Assembly (NCBI GenBank): GCA_965659785.1
Contig: CBFHXL010000003.1
Span: 27,203-91,202 of the forward strand
DNA length: 64,000 bases
Reading direction: 5' to 3'
Origin: Candidatus Puniceispirillales bacterium
GTDB taxonomy: Bacteria > Pseudomonadota > Alphaproteobacteria > Puniceispirillales > UBA1172
Shown here one piece after another: positions 24,105 through 34,044 of the stretch. Below the pieces are notes generated by a model. The model was not told where the DNA came from, did not search any database, and saw only the letters and a program-made list of their open reading frames with translations. Within the stretch, counting starts at the first letter, position 1. Each line of letters starts with the position of its first letter. The position numbers and the translations under genes were made by a program.

Positions 24105-24850
24105 TAATGCCCTCCAAGATAGGCGTCAATCACGCGCTGATCATTTTGTAAATCTTGAGGTTTTCCATCGGCAAGCATACGGCCATTTGACAAACAATAA
24201 ATATGCTCGGCCAAATTCATAATCACCCTCATATTGTGTTCAATGACGCATAGCGTGATGCCCAATTCCTCGTTTGCACGCTGAAGGCGATCAATCAACC
24301 CGTTGATTAAGGTAGGATTAATCCCCGCAGTAGGTTCATCAAGTAATAGCACCTTTGGTTCATTCATGAGTGCCATGGCAAACTCTAACAGTTTTTGCTG
24401 ACCAAAAGATAAGTCGCCAGAAATCAGATTACGCTTGGAATACAGCCCCACAAATTCCAGCAAATGGTTTGCCCGATCAAGGATTTCCCCTTTGCGGCTA
24501 GCAAAATACCCGTGCCGCGCATCACTACGGTGAGACACAGAGATTTGCATATTATCAACGCAGTTCATTTTAGAATAAATGCGCGTTTGCTGAAACGTCC
24601 GCAACAATCCAAGGCGAGCAATCGGGCCCACGAGAAGTTTTGATATTTCTCTGCCTTCAAAGGTGATGGAACCTGTATCAATCGGATGGTAGCCAACAAT
24701 CGAATTAAACAAAGTCGATTTTCCGCATCCGTTAGGTCCAATAATCCCTGTGATACTGCCCTTTTTGACAGCCATAGAAATATCAATATTTGCCTTAACA
24801 CCGCCAAACGATTTGGAGACATGATTTACTTCAATAATATTCTCAGCCAT
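24104..24850 (-). CDS. livG: Branched-chain amino-acid ABC transporter ATP-binding protein (LivG/BraF type)
   Basis: Walker A GPNGCGKST, signature LSFGQQKLLEF and Walker B LLLLDEPTAG. I trimmed the start to MAENIIEVNHV (24850), which overlaps the livM stop by 8 nt. The track starts at 24892. Confidence 0.9.
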   Translation of the reverse strand: MAENIIEVNHVSKSFGGVKANIDISMAVKKGSITGIIGPNGCGKSTLFNSIVGYHPIDTGSITFEGREISKLLVGPIARLGLLRTFQQTRIYSKMNCVDNMQISVSHRSDARHGYFASRKGEILDRANHLLEFVGLYSKRNLISGDLSFGQQKLLEFAMALMNEPKVLLLDEPTAGINPTLINGLIDRLQRANEELGITLCVIEHNMRVIMNLAEHIYCLSNGRMLADGKPQDLQNDQRVIDAYLGGH

Positions 24851-25901
24851 CGGCCTTAGCCTCCTTGCCTTCATCACGCGTGGATTCATCAACCGAAATG
24901 CCGAAGAATTCTGGATATTTACGCTGAAGCCATCCCATAATGCCCTGCTGGAAATAGACGATATTAATAATCAGAATCAGCCCTAATGCGACCCACTGCC
25001 ATCCTAGCAGATATGTCCATGTCGCTTCTTTAATGACATGGAACAACACGGCGCCTAACACAGGCCCCCATAAGGTGCCTTTACCGCCAAATAAGGCCAT
25101 CGCAACCATGAAAATGCCAAAGGTAGGAACCGGGAAGGCCACTTCAACAGGTTCAATAAAGCCAACCATATTGCCAAATACCGCACCGATACAGCCCATA
25201 AAAAAGGCCGTAATTGCCCAGCCAATTTGCTTATATTTCAGGGTGGGAATGCCCATGGCCTCCGCTTTATCTTCGTCATCACGAATGGCGTTAATGGCAA
25301 GACCAAACTGGGTGGAATAAATCCACCTAAGCACAATATGCGACAACGCCGCCAAAAGGAAACATAGCGCATAGAAAAACGGGGCGCGCACCTCAATATC
25401 ACCGGGAAAGAACGGCATGGAAATCCCGCTACCACCACCAATGTAATCAATGGTCCCGGTCAACTGCCCTGCCGCAATGGCAATACCTAGCGTGCCAATG
25501 GCGAAATAAGGGCCACGCAGACCAAAGACGATAAATCCAAACAGATAGGATATAAAAACAGACCCTATTCCTGCCGCAAGAATACCCAGAAACAGACCCA
25601 TGAAATATTGCTCATCAGTGAACTCTGGCTTAATAGCACCAAAGGCAGAGGTATAATCCGCCACATTATAGAACATGGAAATCTGCACCACCGCAGAAAT
25701 ATACATCCCACATCCGAAGAACGTGATATTGCCAAGGGAGTTATAACCCATCTGGCCACCTAGTAAATCCCAGGTAGAGGCCATTAAAACCATAACCCAC
25801 AACAACGCCATCTGCTGGGTATAGTTAGGGAATACAATTGGCCCTAAAATACCTAAAGCAAGAATGACCGCATATAAGAGATAGGAACGACCAGTCATCA
25901 C
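24843..25901 (-). CDS. livM: Branched-chain amino-acid ABC transporter permease (LivM type)
   Basis: 352-aa polytopic membrane protein in the position of a LivM-family permease within the operon. Confidence 0.85.
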   Translation of the reverse strand: MMTGRSYLLYAVILALGILGPIVFPNYTQQMALLWVMVLMASTWDLLGGQMGYNSLGNITFFGCGMYISAVVQISMFYNVADYTSAFGAIKPEFTDEQYFMGLFLGILAAGIGSVFISYLFGFIVFGLRGPYFAIGTLGIAIAAGQLTGTIDYIGGGSGISMPFFPGDIEVRAPFFYALCFLLAALSHIVLRWIYSTQFGLAINAIRDDEDKAEAMGIPTLKYKQIGWAITAFFMGCIGAVFGNMVGFIEPVEVAFPVPTFGIFMVAMALFGGKGTLWGPVLGAVLFHVIKEATWTYLLGWQWVALGLILIINIVYFQQGIMGWLQRKYPEFFGISVDESTRDEGKEAKADG

Positions 25902-26803
25902 TGCACCACCTGACGTTTGCGGCTAAGCTGAATTTGACGATAAATCAGAACCAACAGCAACATCACCACAGCCGAAGCCACCTGATATTCTGCCCCAAGA
26001 ATAAAACCTGTATATTGTTCTAACAAACCGAGACCAAAGCCTGTTGAAATCACACCCGGCAGATTGCCAAGCCCTGCCGCGGTAACAATAGCAAAAGACC
26101 TCAACGAATAGGTGATACCGTAGAACGGCTGAAGCACCCAAATAATGGAAACCATAACCCCTGCCGCGCCACAAATGGCCGCGTTTAGGGAAAAGGTAAA
26201 GGCATAAACATTGTCGGTATTAATCCCTAGCACCCGCGCCGCTCTTTCGTCCTGCGCGGTGGCGCGAATAGCCTGCCCCATGCGAGATTTCTTCATGAAG
26301 ATAACCACCGCAACCGCAAGCACAGCGACCATGACCAATGACAATATTTTCACCATTGGTAAAGTGACTGCATTATCAAACAACTGATAGTTAGGTAATT
26401 TACTATCAATCGTTTGCACTTCTGGCCCAAAAATCAGGTTCAACACCTGTTGCAACAATAACGACAATCCAAAAGTAGCAAGAAGCGACGTGAACATATC
26501 CTGTTGGATTACACGCCGAATAATTAAAATATAGACCATCCAACCAAACATCGCCATGAGCACCATGACAATAGGTAATGCGAGAATGGGATGAACACCG
26601 GCATTAAACAAGGCATAAGCCAAGTAGCCACCGAGAATCACAAAGTCACCTTGCGCCAGATTTTTAACATTCATCACCCCCCACACAAGCGCCAGCCCAT
26701 AGGCACTAAGTGAAATAACAGCTCCAATAAAGATGCCATCTAGGATTAATTGAACATTTGTAATCGGGGCAAGATCGAAAAGGATTTGGAGATTAAATAG
26801 CAT
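25898..26803 (-). CDS. livH: Branched-chain amino-acid ABC transporter permease (LivH type)
   Basis: 301-aa polytopic membrane protein with a LivH-like N-terminus (LILDGIFIGAVISLSAYGLALVWG). Confidence 0.85.
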   Translation of the reverse strand: MLFNLQILFDLAPITNVQLILDGIFIGAVISLSAYGLALVWGVMNVKNLAQGDFVILGGYLAYALFNAGVHPILALPIVMVLMAMFGWMVYILIIRRVIQQDMFTSLLATFGLSLLLQQVLNLIFGPEVQTIDSKLPNYQLFDNAVTLPMVKILSLVMVAVLAVAVVIFMKKSRMGQAIRATAQDERAARVLGINTDNVYAFTFSLNAAICGAAGVMVSIIWVLQPFYGITYSLRSFAIVTAAGLGNLPGVISTGFGLGLLEQYTGFILGAEYQVASAVVMLLLVLIYRQIQLSRKRQVVQ

Positions 26804-26844
26804 CCTGCTGCCTTTATTTTTAATTGTTCAGATAAGATAACTGG

Positions 26845-26877
26845 AACAATAAACAAGGGCGCATAAACGCCCCTGTT
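26845..26877 (-). terminator. Intra-operon hairpin plus U-tract after the binding-protein gene (attenuating terminator)
   Basis: The minus strand reads CAGGGGCG-TTTATG-CGCCCTTG followed by TTTATTGTT. This is a common device for over-expressing the SBP relative to the membrane components. Confidence 0.5.
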
Positions 26878-26894
26878 TATCGGATACTAATGTC

Positions 26895-28127
26895 TTAGTA
26901 ATCAGCCTTGCGCGGCCATGCCATATCATCAGGTGTGATGATGGCGTCATACCCACTTGAGGCATTGATCTGGCGCATGAACATTGGCTTAGCAATGTTA
27001 TTACCCTGATCTGAGAAGCGAATGTTGCCATAGAATGTTTCCATATCTGTGGCGGCAATCGCATCGCGCACAACCTTGGTATCAAAGCTGTTTGCGGCTT
27101 CAAAAGCCTCTTTCCAAACGATCACAGCAGCAGAAGCCTGAGCCGTCTGGTAAGGAACAGATGTATAGCTTGGATACGCTTTTTTGAAATCAGCATTCCA
27201 CTCAGCGGCGGTGCCAAAATACTTATCTTTCTTAGGGGAAGTCTCAACCCACTGTGTTGGGCAAAGGAACCCGTTAGCGGCGGCAGGGAACTTTTCCTGT
27301 ACCTTAGCAGCTTCACAATGTGTCATGGCAATAATCGGAACTTGCAGACGCATTTCGTCAATTTGACGAGCCGCCGTTGCCGCACCCTTAGAGTGACCGG
27401 AAACAATCAGCATATCAGGCTTAATCGCCTTAACCTTTGTCAAGGTAGCGGACATATCAGAAAGGTCAGCAGGAAGTTTATCGTCAATGACAATCTTCAT
27501 GTTGTATTTCTTTGCCGCATCCAAAACCCCTTCACGAACGTCTAGTGAAAACGGATCATTTTCAAAAGCCATAGCAATCGTAATGCTTGATGGGTCTTTA
27601 CCAGCAGCCTTGGCCTTAGCTGCCGCCAATTCGACCGCAGGGGCAAGATACTGTTCAGATGTCGAAAGCACCGCAAACAGGTATTTATAACCTTGGGTAA
27701 AGAGTGAGCGTGAAGCCCCTTCCGCCTCAACCATAGGAACACCAAACTTTTCAGATACTGGTGCCACCGCTTTGGTCAGACCAGAACCATATGGCCCAAG
27801 CATATACTGAACGCCATCCTACTGAATCAAACGCTCAACCAACTGTGATGCACGAGCAGGAGTCGATTCGTCGTCATAATACTGAATAGCTAGTTTATAA
27901 GACTTACCATTGACGGTCACGCCGCCCATCTCGTTAATGCGATCAACAGCAAAATCATAACCGCGCTGGGTATGAAGACCATTGGTTGAATATTTACCTG
28001 TTAATGAAATAGCAGAGCCAAGAGTAATGGTATCTCCCTCAACTTTAGCCAGCGCATTGCCAGACATGGCAACACTAGCAGATATAGCGGCAGCCGCTGA
28101 TATTGCCTTAATTGAAAATAATTTCAT
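26895..28127 (-). pseudogene. Leu/Ile/Val-type ABC substrate-binding protein interrupted by one in-frame TAG
   Basis: Two track ORFs (27819-28127 with signal peptide MKLFSIKAISAAAAISASVAMSGNALA, and 26895-27803) are in the same frame. A single amber codon at 27819-27821 separates them: ...QLVERLIQ*DGVQYMLGPYGSG... Read through, they give one 410-aa type-I periplasmic binding protein. Confidence 0.8.
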
Positions 28128-28160
28128 GCGAACCTCCAGATGATCGGTTATTTTTCATTA

Positions 28161-28223
28161 TCATATGTATTTAAATACTAAGTGTTTATAGAGATAAAAG
28201 TCCAGTCTTCATATGATTTAAAT
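28161..28223 (-). promoter_or_regulatory. Two copies of an AT-rich operator-like motif in the liv promoter region
   Basis: TCATATGTATTTAAAT (28161-28176) and TCATATGATTTAAAT (28209-28223) lie 48 bp apart. The first contains the 12-bp palindrome GTATTTAAATAC. Confidence 0.3.
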
Positions 28224-28255
28224 TCAATAATTTTTAACATCTAGAACATTTATCT

Positions 28256-29836
28256 TTAATATCCGGCGGCAAAACCATCTTTGCGTGGGTCTGACCCTGC
28301 CATTAATATCCCTGTATCAAGATCACGGAAAATAGCCTGTCCCCCACCAATAGGGCTGTCGTTCCAAACAATATTGTGCCCACGCGAGGCCAGATCATCA
28401 GCAACAGCCTTGCTGATGCCCTTTTCCAATTGCAACGCGCCATCAATGGCAAAACTGCGTGGAGCATCAAGCGCCTGTTGCGGCGTCATACCGAAATCAA
28501 GATGATTGATCAGAAATGCCGTCTGTCCTACTGCCTGATATTGTCCGCCCATAACCCCAAACGGGCCAATCAGTTTATTTCCATAGGTTAGCATCCCCGG
28601 AATAATGGTATGGAATGGCCGCTTATTTGGCTTAATCACATTAGGATGAGTGTCATCTAAACGGAAGGCACGGCCCCGAGACTGAAGAATAATCCCATAT
28701 TCGGGTGAGGCAATCCCCGAACCAAAGCCGTCAAAGATCGAATAAATGAAGGACACCGCCATTCCGTCCTTATCCACCACAGACAGATAGACGGTATCAG
28801 GGTGTGTCGGGAAATCACTTTTCGCAAAATTAGAGGCCGCAGACATATCAATCTTTGCAGCGGCCTGATCAATCACCGCATCCGAAAGTAACCAATCTAC
28901 CGAAACCCGGGCATGATCAGGGTCAGCCAGAAAAGTATCACGCAGACCATAGGCCTGTTTGCTGATTTCAGCTAAAAGGTGAACAAAATCAGCCTCAGCC
29001 ATTTTTGCTGGATCAAATCTTTCAAATAATCGCGCCATGATGAGGGTGGTAATACCCTGCCCGTTTGGTGGGCATTCCCAGATAGTTCTTTGGCGATAGT
29101 CGCTATGAATGGGGGTAACAAACTCAGCCTGAATATGCGCCAAATCCTCCATTTGATGATACCCGCCAAGGTCCTGTAATTTGCTGATGATATCCTTGGC
29201 CACAGGCCCATTATAAAACCCATCTCGGCCATGCGCTGCGATCAGCTCAAACGCCTCAGCCAAAGCGGGAACGGCAAAGTTTTGCCCACATTGATAGGGC
29301 TTACCACCCTTCAGATAATGCCGCTGACCATCTTTATCATTAAGGTTTTCAGCATCTTCAGCCCAGTCAAGGGCAACGCGTTCATGCACAGGAATACCAG
29401 CCTTAGCATAGCTAATGGCTGGCTCAATCACACTTTTCCAGCTAGCCTGCCCCCATTTCTGGTGCATCAGATACCATGCATCAATTGCCCCCGGAATAGT
29501 TACCGCATGGGGACTGTTGCGTGGAATAACGCCATCAGGATACTTGGCCCTAAGTGCGTCAGGATCAAGTTGAGATGGCGCTCGCCCAGAGCCATTGATC
29601 GCATGAATCTGCGTATCCCCTTTAGGTGAGACCAATGCAAAACAATCCCCCCCGATTGAGGTCATATGCGGTTCTGCTAATGCCAGAATAGCCGCCGCCG
29701 CAATGGCCGCATCAACCGCATTGCCACCATCGTAAAGGCATTTCAAGCCAACACTGGTAGCAAGCGGATGAGAGGAAGATATCATGGCCTGATGCGCCAT
29801 AACAGAGGAACGACCGGGGCTAAAAAAATCACGCAT
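28256..29836 (-). CDS. ggt: Gamma-glutamyltransferase family protein (no signal peptide; YwrD/cephalosporin-acylase-like class)
   Basis: 526 aa with GGNAVDAAIAAA, the GGDCFALV region and RPFHTIIPG around the autoprocessing Thr. Confidence 0.85.
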   Translation of the reverse strand: MRDFFSPGRSSVMAHQAMISSSHPLATSVGLKCLYDGGNAVDAAIAAAAILALAEPHMTSIGGDCFALVSPKGDTQIHAINGSGRAPSQLDPDALRAKYPDGVIPRNSPHAVTIPGAIDAWYLMHQKWGQASWKSVIEPAISYAKAGIPVHERVALDWAEDAENLNDKDGQRHYLKGGKPYQCGQNFAVPALAEAFELIAAHGRDGFYNGPVAKDIISKLQDLGGYHQMEDLAHIQAEFVTPIHSDYRQRTIWECPPNGQGITTLIMARLFERFDPAKMAEADFVHLLAEISKQAYGLRDTFLADPDHARVSVDWLLSDAVIDQAAAKIDMSAASNFAKSDFPTHPDTVYLSVVDKDGMAVSFIYSIFDGFGSGIASPEYGIILQSRGRAFRLDDTHPNVIKPNKRPFHTIIPGMLTYGNKLIGPFGVMGGQYQAVGQTAFLINHLDFGMTPQQALDAPRSFAIDGALQLEKGISKAVADDLASRGHNIVWNDSPIGGGQAIFRDLDTGILMAGSDPRKDGFAAGY

Positions 29837-29884
29837 TATAAAAGCACTCTACTTGTTTTAGTCATTAGCAAAATCAGCACAATA

Positions 29885-30544
29885 TCAGGACGGGTCCTTC
29901 ACCTTGCGCAGATAGGGTTTAACCGTTTCCCAACCGTCTGGAAACATTTTTTCAGCCTCATCATTCGAAACCGCAGGAACAATGATCACATCATCCCCTT
30001 TTTTCCAATCTGCAGGGGTTGCCACTTTATGTTTACCTGTCATTTGTATCGAATCAATAACCCTGATCAATTCGGCAAAATTCCGCCCTGTTGCCATCGG
30101 ATAGGTCAGCGAAAGTTTGATTTTCTTATCTGGCCCGATAATGAAAACCGAGCGCACGGTCTGATTATCAACAGCGGTGCGACCACTAAAGCTGTCCCCT
30201 TCGTTTGCTGGCAACATATGATAGGCTTTAGCAACAGTTAATTCTGTATCAGCAATAATCGGGTATTCAGGGCGCATACCAGAAACATCAGCAATATCAT
30301 CAAGCCAAGCGACATGATCACTAATCGGATCAACCGAAAGCCCAACCACTTTGACATTTCGTTTTTCAAATTCAGGTTGAAGTTTAGCTAAAGCCCCAAG
30401 TTCAGTTGTGCAGACAGGGGTGAAATCTTTGGGGTGTGAAAACAAAACCCCCCAACTATCGCCAAGCCAGTCATGAAAATGGATAGTACCTTGAGTGGTT
30501 TCAGCGGTGAAATCAGGGGCTGTATCATTTATACGCAATGACAT
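29885..30544 (-). CDS. 1-Cys peroxiredoxin (Prx6 subfamily)
   Basis: LFSHPKDFTPVCTTELG active site. 219 aa with the C-terminal extension typical of Prx6. Confidence 0.9.
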   Translation of the reverse strand: MSLRINDTAPDFTAETTQGTIHFHDWLGDSWGVLFSHPKDFTPVCTTELGALAKLQPEFEKRNVKVVGLSVDPISDHVAWLDDIADVSGMRPEYPIIADTELTVAKAYHMLPANEGDSFSGRTAVDNQTVRSVFIIGPDKKIKLSLTYPMATGRNFAELIRVIDSIQMTGKHKVATPADWKKGDDVIIVPAVSNDEAEKMFPDGWETVKPYLRKVKDPS

Positions 30545-30623
30545 TTCGTCTCTCCTTCATAGGATCGTTTTTGAAAAGTGATGATTCCGGCAAATCAAAA
30601 CTCAAAACCGGTCTACTGAGAGA

Positions 30624-30708
<85 letters not shown>

Positions 30709-30830
30709 GAAATTACCCCTTGTCTTATAGGAACAGAAACGTCGACGCAAGCCATTAGAATCCAGAAATTATCCCTACCTCATGCAAGATAGCGGCGATG
30801 GCAAGATGTGGTTTTCCTGTCAAAAGGCGT

Positions 30831-31181
30831 TTAATGATGGTTTTTCAGAACTGTGGCTACGGTTGGTGTTCCCTCAGCATCCAAAGGCAAGCTCTCAACC
30901 CAGATCGCATGATGCACTGGCAAATCCCCGTACAGATGCGGAAACAACTGCCCTTCTCTTGAAGCCTCATAACGCACAGGAAGTCCAGTGGGATCAACCG
31001 CCACCAGCACAAGCCCCTTTTGATTGGCGTAATGCAATTTTGCCGTTTCTTCCGCTTGTTCTGCTGTGGATAGATGAATAAATCCGTCATGGATATCTAG
31101 GGTTGAACCTTTGTAGACATTGGCTTTAACCGCGTTCTGCCATTCGTCTTTATGGCAAATTTTATAGATAACATCAGACAT
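30831..31181 (-). CDS. DUF952 family protein
   Basis: MSDVIYKICHKDEWQ...DGFIHLSTAEQ...PHLYGDLP pattern. I chose the ATG at 31181, preceded by AAGGGAAAG. The track starts 6 codons upstream at 31199. Confidence 0.75.
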   Translation of the reverse strand: MSDVIYKICHKDEWQNAVKANVYKGSTLDIHDGFIHLSTAEQAEETAKLHYANQKGLVLVAVDPTGLPVRYEASREGQLFPHLYGDLPVHHAIWVESLPLDAEGTPTVATVLKNHH

Positions 31182-31367
31182 GGCTTTCCCTTTATTCATA
31201 AATTAGGGCCTCATCAGGCGCGATCACCATAGCATCAAAACCAAAAGGAAAACACCTTTGCCCTGACAACAGGTTTCCGTAATTGACCACCCCCCTTGTC
31301 TTTGGTTTACTCTCTGGGGTTTACTTTCCGCGGTTAAGGTTAAAAAAATATCATCATGGGAAAAACG

Positions 31368-32231
31368 ATGAAAACAGGTTTTATCGGCTTAGGCCAAATG
31401 GGCGCTCCAATGGCGGCTAATCTGATCACTGCAGGTTATGATGTGACAGGATTTGATGTCGCAACCACCGCATCAGATGGGGTGCGTCAAGCCACTTCGC
31501 TAGAAGATGCCGCCCAAGGCATGGATTGTGTCATTACCATGCTGCCTGACGGTAAGGCTCTCCAACAGGTTGCCAATGCCATAATCCCCCACATGACCAA
31601 AGGGGCGTTATTCATTGATTGTTCTACTGTGGATGTCGCCGCCACAAGGGCAACAGGCAAGCAGGCTATAGCCGCTGGTCTTGGCTATATTGATGCCCCG
31701 GTATCTGGCGGCATTACAGGCGCGACCAACGCCGCCCTTACCTTTATGATTGGCGGTCATGCGGATGATGTATCCCGTGCTATGCCTGTTTTTGAGGCTA
31801 TGGGTAAAAAAGCCGTGCATTGCGGTGACATTGGGGCAGGCCAAACCGCAAAGATTTGCAATAACATGATACTTGGCGCGACCATGATTGCCACTTGTGA
31901 GGCATTTGATCTGGCAGATCGCTTAGGGCTTGATAGGGGAAAAATGTTTGATGTGGTTAGCACTTCATCAGGTTATAGCTGGTCAATGAATGCCTATTGC
32001 CCTGCCCCCGGTATTGGCCCTGAAAGTCCGGCAGATCATGATTATCGCCCCGGGTTTTCGGCAGAACTTATGCTCAAAGACCTTGGCCTTGCGATAGAAG
32101 CGGCTGAAACCGCAGGGGCAGACCCTAAAATTGGCAAAACGGCAAAAGCAATTTACGATATTTTTGTGCAAGAAAACGGCAAAGGTAAGGATTTTTCTGC
32201 TATCTTGCCATGGCTTAAATCATCAGGGTAA
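31368..32231 (+). CDS. mmsB: 3-hydroxyisobutyrate dehydrogenase family NAD-binding oxidoreductase
   Basis: GFIGLGQMGAPMAANL Rossmann motif, DAPVSGG and KICNN. I trimmed the start to MKTGFIG. Confidence 0.85.
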   Translation: MKTGFIGLGQMGAPMAANLITAGYDVTGFDVATTASDGVRQATSLEDAAQGMDCVITMLPDGKALQQVANAIIPHMTKGALFIDCSTVDVAATRATGKQAIAAGLGYIDAPVSGGITGATNAALTFMIGGHADDVSRAMPVFEAMGKKAVHCGDIGAGQTAKICNNMILGATMIATCEAFDLADRLGLDRGKMFDVVSTSSGYSWSMNAYCPAPGIGPESPADHDYRPGFSAELMLKDLGLAIEAAETAGADPKIGKTAKAIYDIFVQENGKGKDFSAILPWLKSSG

Positions 32232-32282
32232 GGTCACTGAGATAAGACCTGCCCCCATACCATAACATTTGAGGAACATTTT

Positions 32283-32708
32283 ATGCTGACACTTGAACAC
32301 GCTAACATCATCACTTCTGCCGCTTTAGCTGAGGCCAGAACATTAAACCTTAAACCGATTAGTGTCGTTGTCCTAGATCACCGCGCCGCCACCATTTCCA
32401 TTCAATCCGAAGATGGCGTTAGCATCATGCGATCTGATATCGCCAAAGCCAAAGCCAATGGCGCCATTCAACTTGGCATGGGTAGCCGCGCGTTAATGAA
32501 CCGGGCAGAACAACAGGCGTATTTTGTGGATTCGATCAACGGCTTAGCAGATGGCAAAATTGTTCCCGTTCCTGGCGGGGTTTTGATCCGCGATGCATCA
32601 GGGGCAATCCTAGGCGCAGTAGGCATTTCTGGTGACACCTCAGACAATGATGAGGCCGCCGCGCTAGCCGGTATCGCTGCCACTGGCCTTGCCGCTGACG
32701 CAGGTTAA
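32283..32708 (+). CDS. GlcG/HbpS-like heme-binding protein (DUF336)
   Basis: 141 aa with the GGVLIRD...GAVGISGDTSDNDE motif. Confidence 0.8.
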   Translation: MLTLEHANIITSAALAEARTLNLKPISVVVLDHRAATISIQSEDGVSIMRSDIAKAKANGAIQLGMGSRALMNRAEQQAYFVDSINGLADGKIVPVPGGVLIRDASGAILGAVGISGDTSDNDEAAALAGIAATGLAADAG

Positions 32709-32717
32709 TAGCCGATT

Positions 32718-33164
32718 ATGCGGAAAAATCGCACCCCCAGATGGGCTAATTGGCTTGGCTGGCTAGGGGTAATTCCCTTTCTCATGGCCGCGATTGGCAG
32801 TTTCAGCCCTGATCCCATGCTGATGCAGTTCAGCGCGGAATTAGGGGCGCGTTATGGAGTTTCTATCAGCATTTTTCTTGGTGCTATTCATTGGGGAATG
32901 GTGATTAACCAACCTCAACAATCAAGCCAGTGGCGGTTGTTTTGGTCGGTTTTCCCTTCTCTGGTTGGCGTCTTGATCGTGCTGATGCCGGCTCTTGCCA
33001 GCCTTGGTTATGTGATCGCGCTTTTGGTTTTGTGCTGGGTCGTGGATGTTATTATGGCGGTGATGGGGATATTGCCGCCTTGGTATATGCGCCTGCGCCA
33101 TGGATTAACGTTGGCGGCAGTGGGATCACTAGGCGTGATTATGTTTAGGCTGTCCGGTTTTTAG
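32718..33164 (+). CDS. DUF3429 family membrane protein
   Basis: 148 aa with 4 TM segments and a YGVSISIFLGAIHWG motif. Confidence 0.65.
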   Translation: MRKNRTPRWANWLGWLGVIPFLMAAIGSFSPDPMLMQFSAELGARYGVSISIFLGAIHWGMVINQPQQSSQWRLFWSVFPSLVGVLIVLMPALASLGYVIALLVLCWVVDVIMAVMGILPPWYMRLRHGLTLAAVGSLGVIMFRLSGF

Positions 33165-34026
33165 CCGACCGCGCCATAATAGTATTACCAAAAGCAACCA
33201 GCCCCAAACCAACCAAAGACAAATACGTCCATTGATAATCTTCCATATGCTGTGAGATTAATAACGCCGCCACAGGGAAAATCACAGTGATATAACTGGC
33301 TCTACCCGGCCCAATGCGGCCAACTAATGTCAGATAACAGGTAAAGGCCATGACAGTGGAAATAACCACCAGCCAAGATAATCCACCAAGATATTTCCAG
33401 CTATGTTCCATGATAAAAGCCTCACCGCGAAACAGCGCCACTAGCCCCAAATAGGTCGCGCCATAAAGCATCCCCCAACTGTTACTAGAAATCACGGAAA
33501 CTTGGCGACTCTGAAGTCGCCCTGAAAGGATGTTTCCAAGGCTAAAGATTAAGGTTCCCACAAAGCAGAAGATGAGACTCGCCAATGGCGCATGACCCTT
33601 TTCCAATTCAGGCATAAAGATCAAAAACACGCCACCAATTCCCAACATAGCGGCAAGCAATAACCTGATTTCTGGCCATTGGCGATCAATCACCGCTTTT
33701 TCCAGAATGACCATCAGTGATGCTGTTGAGAACACAACTGCCAGCAATCCTGACGAAACCCCAAGACCGCCGTAATAGAAATTCAAGAAATTAAAACTGA
33801 ACAGAAACAGGCTTAAAACAGCGATTCTGATATGAACTTCTCTTGCTAATCGTAGCGACTGTCCTGACAGCTTTGCTATTGCCATCATGATAAGTCCAGC
33901 AAACAAAAACCGCCAAAACAACGACACTTCAGGCGCAACAACGCCTAATTGCCATTTCAATGGCAACCAGCTGGTCGACCAAGCAAAAATAGTAAGGCCG
34001 TAAAGAAGATAATCAAATGGCTTCAT
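33145..34026 (-). CDS. EamA/DMT family transporter
   Basis: 293 aa with 10 TM segments in two EamA-like halves. It overlaps the convergent DUF3429 gene by 20 nt. Confidence 0.75.
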   Translation of the reverse strand: MKPFDYLLYGLTIFAWSTSWLPLKWQLGVVAPEVSLFWRFLFAGLIMMAIAKLSGQSLRLAREVHIRIAVLSLFLFSFNFLNFYYGGLGVSSGLLAVVFSTASLMVILEKAVIDRQWPEIRLLLAAMLGIGGVFLIFMPELEKGHAPLASLIFCFVGTLIFSLGNILSGRLQSRQVSVISSNSWGMLYGATYLGLVALFRGEAFIMEHSWKYLGGLSWLVVISTVMAFTCYLTLVGRIGPGRASYITVIFPVAALLISQHMEDYQWTYLSLVGLGLVAFGNTIMARSAKNRTA

Positions 34027-34044
34027 GAATGTTCAACTTTGAAA

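Noticed and set aside
23776-24222. 148-aa plus-strand ORF rich in Phe/Ala/Thr (AFFTGAFLATTFFT...) that looks like a repetitive membrane protein
   Set aside because: It is the antisense shadow of the Lys/Ala repeat tract of livF (AAA/AAG/GCx codons read backwards). It has no independent start context, and it runs into livG antisense.
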